DNA from: Gemmatimonadales bacterium
GTDB lineage: Bacteria; Gemmatimonadota; Gemmatimonadetes; Gemmatimonadales; GWC2-71-9
DNA length: 38,921 nt
Reading direction: 5' to 3'
Assembly: GCA_039930805.1 (NCBI GenBank)
Contig: JBDTTD010000001.1
Coordinates: 1-38,921 of the forward strand
Shown: in pieces, positions 35,053 to 38,921 of the stretch
Position numbering within the stretch: the first letter of the stretch is position 1
Layout of the letters: the number at the start of each line of letters is the position of its first letter
Notes under the pieces: model-generated
Told to the model about the DNA's origin: nothing
Database searches by the model: none
Seen by the model: only the letters and a program-made list of their open reading frames with translations
Position numbers and translations under genes: made by a program

Positions 35053-37163
35053 CAGAACGGCTGTCCGACAGCGATGTGGTAGGTGAATTTTCCGCTGCGG
35101 GGCAGGACGTAGGAGCTCTGTCCGGCCACGGGGTTGAGGTTGCCTGCTGGATCGAACTCAAACAGTGTACCGGGCTGCAATTTGTAAGGGTTGTAGGCCA
35201 CGTCGAGCCGGGCCGGACCGAGCGGCGTCGTGATTCGGAGGCCCACGCCGGGTGTCACCCGGATGACAGCTGTGCGCTCGTTGGCCCCGCGCTGCCAGAC
35301 TCCCCCGGCGTCGACGAAGGCGGCCAGGCGCAGGCGGGAGCTCAGGACCGGCGATGGCACCCGGAGCTCGATGTTGGCAACCGCCAGGCTGTTGCCCCCG
35401 GTGGCCGCTACCCTCACTGAATCCGCAATGACCGGAGTCGCCGAACCCTCCGGCACGACATAGACGACCGGTCCGAGCTCGTTCCGGTCAAAGCCACGCA
35501 CGTCGTTCGGCCCACCGGCATAGAAGCGCTGTTCCGGCGGAATGAAAGCACCACTCTCAGCACCTACGTTCACGTTGGGCGAAACGATTAGTCCGCCCTT
35601 GACCCGCCAGCTCAGCACGACATTGCGGGACAGTGGCCGGTACCACGACAGCCCGGCTACGAACCGGGTGAACTGCTGGAGCGGGGAGGAGCCGATGTAC
35701 TTGGAGCTGTGGGTCACCTCGAGCGAGGTGATCGATCCCCGAGTGGGGTCGATCTGGCTGTTCACCCGAGGGAAGCTTCCCAGGGCGGTGAGGGTAGCCA
35801 GGACCCGGCGCTGTCGCAACGCATCGATGACATCTGCGGTACAGGCGTTGAAAAACGCGCAAAAGCTCTGCGGGGTGGCTTCGGTCCGGCCGTAGGAAAC
35901 GGTGTAGGTCAGCGACAAGGGGTTGCGGCGCCTGGGTGTCGTGCGGGTAAACGCGATGCTGGCACCAGTCTCCTGCCGCAGGTAAACCTTGTACTCCGAA
36001 CGCCGCTCGGTAAAAACGGACAGGGTGACCGCATTGTTGGGGGAAAGGAAAGCCGGCCGGCGAACGGAAGCGCCGAGGTAGAAGTTGACCTTCTTCGATC
36101 CAACGGTGTCCTTCTTCGAAGTGCCGCAGATGTTATTGGCCAGCCCCCAGTCGAGTGGCGCCCCGACCCCGACCTTCGAGATACGGCTGGTCAGGTCGAG
36201 CACCCTGCCGCCTCCCAGGAAGTTGCGCGAGGTCCAGCCGAGCGAGCCCCGGAAGCAATCGTTGGTGGCATAGCCGAGACCACCCCGGATTCGGCGCCGC
36301 TTACCCTCATTGACCTGGACGAGTAGGGGCACCGAGTCGGACCCGGGCTGGAACGCGGTCGAGTCGATGTTGACCGAGGCGAACCTGAAAAGGTCGGACT
36401 CGTAGAGGTTTCGCTGGCTCTGGAACAGCTCTTCCTGGGAGTATCGCCGGCCGGGCCGGGCCACGAGCAGCTTCCGAACCAGCGAGGAATCTACCCGGAC
36501 GGCCCCCACCACCTTGACTCTGCCTATCACCGCTCGTCGCCCCGGCGCGACGTCGAGGGTGACCGAGGCTCTTCGCGCCGCCTTCTCGACCTCGAAGCCG
36601 GTGAAGACGGTTGCCGAGGGATAACCCCGGTCCCGAAGCCGCCGAGAGATGCTGTCCGCGCTGGCCTGCATGGCGTACCGGTTGAACGGATCACCCCTCT
36701 GCAGCGGCAGGTCTTCCAGTCCCGCCCGGCGGGTCCGGTCACGCACTGAGTCCAGTCCGGTGATGGTGAGCGTCGCAACCACGATGGGCTCACCTTCCTT
36801 GATGTTGAACGTAATGTAGACGTCCTCGGGGGTGCGGCGGACCAGCGTATCGATGACGGCGTCGTTATACCCGCTCCGCTTGTACAGGACCTCGAGCCGC
36901 ACCATGTCGCGGCGAAACTCCTGCTCGTTGAAGTATCGCTTGGCGCCGAGCCCCAGCCAGCGGAACATGAAGTTGCGGGCAAACCAGCTGGAATTAGTGG
37001 TGGCAATGGCGCTGGCGAGCACCTCGTCCAAGATGGCGTGATTCCCCCTGAAGTCGAGCTGCCGCACTACCAGCTGGCGCTGCTGGGCGGAGAGTGGAAC
37101 GGCCGAAGCCAGTACCCCGACGAGGCAGACCAGCCGGAGCACGGAGTTCATCGGCGGCTGCAT
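35052..37163 (-). CDS. Omp85/BamA-family outer membrane protein with POTRA repeats (TamA/TamL-like partner of TamB)
   Basis: Track ORF 35052..37178. I prefer ATG at 37163 or 37151 (MNSVLRLVCLVGVLASAVPLSAQ signal peptide). It has POTRA-like repeats (VRQLDFRGNHAI..., ITFNIKEGEP, VKVVGA), a C-terminal barrel with RFYAGGPNDVRGF, and a terminal aromatic residue (...HIAVGQPF). Confidence 0.85.
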   Translation of the reverse strand: MQPPMNSVLRLVCLVGVLASAVPLSAQQRQLVVRQLDFRGNHAILDEVLASAIATTNSSWFARNFMFRWLGLGAKRYFNEQEFRRDMVRLEVLYKRSGYNDAVIDTLVRRTPEDVYITFNIKEGEPIVVATLTITGLDSVRDRTRRAGLEDLPLQRGDPFNRYAMQASADSISRRLRDRGYPSATVFTGFEVEKAARRASVTLDVAPGRRAVIGRVKVVGAVRVDSSLVRKLLVARPGRRYSQEELFQSQRNLYESDLFRFASVNIDSTAFQPGSDSVPLLVQVNEGKRRRIRGGLGYATNDCFRGSLGWTSRNFLGGGRVLDLTSRISKVGVGAPLDWGLANNICGTSKKDTVGSKKVNFYLGASVRRPAFLSPNNAVTLSVFTERRSEYKVYLRQETGASIAFTRTTPRRRNPLSLTYTVSYGRTEATPQSFCAFFNACTADVIDALRQRRVLATLTALGSFPRVNSQIDPTRGSITSLEVTHSSKYIGSSPLQQFTRFVAGLSWYRPLSRNVVLSWRVKGGLIVSPNVNVGAESGAFIPPEQRFYAGGPNDVRGFDRNELGPVVYVVPEGSATPVIADSVRVAATGGNSLAVANIELRVPSPVLSSRLRLAAFVDAGGVWQRGANERTAVIRVTPGVGLRITTPLGPARLDVAYNPYKLQPGTLFEFDPAGNLNPVAGQSSYVLPRSGKFTYHIAVGQPF

Positions 37164-37325
37164 GCGTCGGGGTCGCAAGGCGGACGGATGGAGCTGCGGT
37201 CGGTGAGGTAAAATACCACACTCCAGAAGGAGGGTCTTACGCCCACCGGGGAACCGAGAGCCGATTGACGGCGCGCCGTAAGCCCGGTAGTTTGACCACC
37301 TTACGTCGTGGTGTCAACGTCAGTT

Positions 37326-37416
37326 GGGCAGCGGGGCGGCGGGGCTGCGGGGCAGTTGCCCACGGTTCAGCGCGCTCGGTGAGCTTTTTACTGCCCCCTG
37401 CCCCCCTCCCCCGCTG
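37326..37416. repeat. G-run arm / C-run arm element related to the 6699-6777 element
   Basis: GGGCAGCGGGGCGGCGGGGCTGCGGGGCAG (37326-54; four G3-4 runs), a 36-nt spacer, then CTGCCCCCTGCCCCCCTCCCCCGCTG (37391-416). It ends 14 nt before the ATG at 37431. Confidence 0.6.
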
Positions 37417-37430
37417 TCCGATTGACCACC

Positions 37431-38921
37431 ATGCGCCCATTTCTTATCGCAACTGCTTTCGTCATCTCCGCCTGCGGCGATCAAGGGAGTGATAAGACCC
37501 TCAACTACTATTTCACTTACGACCCTCGATCACTGGATCCGGCATTGTCCACCGACGTGCCGACCGGCGAGGTCGTTGCCCAGCTGTTCGACAATCTGAC
37601 GCAGTTTGATGCGGACGCCCAGCTGAAGCCTGGACTCGCCCGGAGCTGGGAGATGGATGCCGCCGGCCGGGTCTACACTTTCCGCCTTCGCCAGAACGCC
37701 TCATTCCACGACGGTCGCCCGATCAAGGCGGCGGAGGTGCGCGCCTCCCTGCTGCGCGCCCTGGCGCCGGGAAGCGCCGGCGGCCGGAGCTGGCCGCTGT
37801 ACCCGATCCAGGGCGCTCGCGCCTACGCCGGCGGGTCGGCCAAGGATGTCGCCGGAATCGTGGTGCGCGATGATTCCACCCTGGTCCTGACCCTAGAGGA
37901 GCCACTCAACGTCTTTCCCAAGCTGCTGGCGATGCCGGTGGCGGCCATCGTTCCCACGCCGACGCCGCCCAACTTCGATCAGGGCCCCATCGGAAGCGGA
38001 CCGTGGAAGTTCGTCTCCTGGTCGCACGACGATGCGATCGTGCTGGCCAGGAACGAGACCTACTGGGGCGGGACACCCAAATCCGACACCCTCAAGATCC
38101 GAATCATTCCCGAGCCTCTGACGCAAGCAGCCGAGTACGAAGCCGGCCAGCTGAGCGTGGTCGAAGTACCGGTGGGCGAGACCCGGCGCTGGGAGCAGAC
38201 CCACGCCGACGAGCTCCAACGCCGGCCCGCGCTGCGCGACCTGTACGTTGCCATCAACACCACCCGGGGGCCGCTCAAGGACCTGCGCGTCCGCCGGGCC
38301 CTCAATCACGCGATAGATGTCCGAACCCTGCTCGGCACCGTCATGGCCGATCGCGGGGTACTCGCCGCCGGTTCCCTGCCGCCCGGTATCGTGGGTTACG
38401 ACTCCAGCCGGGCTCCCTACGGCTATGACCCCGCCAGGGCGAAGCAACTACTGAGCGAGGCGGGATACCCCAACGGCTTCTCGATCAAGCTCTGGCGAAC
38501 GCAACGCGCCGAGCTGGCCCGGCTGGCACAGTCCATTCAGCAGAACCTGACCGAGGTCGGCATCCGCGCGGAGATTGTGGAACGGGACGCGTCGAGCGCT
38601 CGCGCGGCGGTGCGCAACGGGGAGGCCGACCTCTTCCTCACCGACTGGTGGGCCGACTACCCCGACCCTGAGAACTTCAACTTCCCGCTGTTCCACTCAG
38701 CCAATGCGGGCAGCGGCGGGAACTACGCCTTCCTCGCGCTGCCCGCGCTCGACAGCATGCTCGTCGAGGCGCGCAGCACCACGGACTCTCTTGGCAAGGT
38801 GGCGCTGCTGCAACGCATCGACCAGCGAGTGTTCGAGCTCGCGCCGTGGATCTTCTGCTGGTTCCCGACCGACCTCTGGGCGCGACGGCCCGAGGTCCAT
38901 GGCTGGAGCTACCCGGTGGTG
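37431..38921 (+). CDS. ABC transporter substrate-binding lipoprotein, family 5 (peptide/nickel, DppA/OppA-like), C-terminus cut by window edge
   Basis: Not in the ORF track because no stop lies in the window. My translation from ATG 37431 reads MRPFLIATAFVISACGDQ (lipobox), ...LDPALSTDVPTGEVVAQLFDNLTQFD, FRLRQNASFHDG, GSGPWKFVSW, YWGG, LTDWWADYPDPENF. It stays open for 497 codons to nt 38921. Confidence 0.85.
   Translation, partial: MRPFLIATAFVISACGDQGSDKTLNYYFTYDPRSLDPALSTDVPTGEVVAQLFDNLTQFDADAQLKPGLARSWEMDAAGRVYTFRLRQNASFHDGRPIKAAEVRASLLRALAPGSAGGRSWPLYPIQGARAYAGGSAKDVAGIVVRDDSTLVLTLEEPLNVFPKLLAMPVAAIVPTPTPPNFDQGPIGSGPWKFVSWSHDDAIVLARNETYWGGTPKSDTLKIRIIPEPLTQAAEYEAGQLSVVEVPVGETRRWEQTHADELQRRPALRDLYVAINTTRGPLKDLRVRRALNHAIDVRTLLGTVMADRGVLAAGSLPPGIVGYDSSRAPYGYDPARAKQLLSEAGYPNGFSIKLWRTQRAELARLAQSIQQNLTEVGIRAEIVERDASSARAAVRNGEADLFLTDWWADYPDPENFNFPLFHSANAGSGGNYAFLALPALDSMLVEARSTTDSLGKVALLQRIDQRVFELAPWIFCWFPTDLWARRPEVHGWSYPVV

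Overview
This is a densely coding bacterial chromosomal window, roughly two-thirds G+C by eye. I found no rRNA, tRNA, CRISPR array, transposase or integrase. I reassigned most starts by hand, because the six-frame track contains many over-extended and antisense ORFs typical of high-GC DNA.

Gene content, left to right:
- **Envelope glycolipid cluster (1-6.7 kb):** two divergent GT4 glycosyltransferases, an MsbA-like ABC exporter abutted to a PorX-type receiver-PglZ response regulator, a GT9 heptosyltransferase and a coupled small ORF.
- **DnaB-like gene (6.8-7.7 kb):** encodes only the DnaB C-terminal domain and is bracketed by unusual repeats.
- **Co-directional housekeeping array (8.3-22.7 kb):** 20 tightly packed or overlapping plus-strand genes. 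In order: yebC, ruvC, ruvA, zinc-ribbon ORF, ruvB, queA, DinB-like, tgt, yajC, def, fmt, thiE, thiS, thiG, rsmB, PASTA-only protein, rpe, TlpA-like, tsaD, lgt.
- **Low-GC island (22.7-23.0 kb):** 285 nt with no credible ORF. It holds a perfect 15-nt palindrome, a compact multi-helix RNA-like fold and a terminator hairpin.
- **Minus-strand block (23.0-37.2 kb):** in coordinate order rraA, a cytochrome c/FTR1 iron permease fusion, acpS, a tail-anchored Ala-rich protein, a HAD hydrolase, a leaderless SH3-NlpC/P60 peptidase, an 8-Cys zinc-finger miniprotein, a sigma-54 response regulator, a DAGK-family lipid kinase, tamB and an Omp85 protein.
- **Right edge:** a family-5 solute-binding lipoprotein, cut by the window.

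I did not find a clear-cut novel multi-gene system. The items most worth a second look:
- the ORF-free structured-RNA island at 22.7-23.0 kb;
- heptamer and octamer repeat hairpins that sit immediately upstream of three plus-strand starts, plus an in-frame copy of the octamer inside tgt;
- small zinc-binding ORFs translationally coupled to ruvA and to the sigma-54 activator;
- a DinB-family gene wedged between queA and tgt;
- a kinase-less PASTA protein in the slot PrkC occupies in Bacillus;
- a lipid kinase coupled to tamB.

All functional calls rest on motif recognition in the translations. No database search was run.
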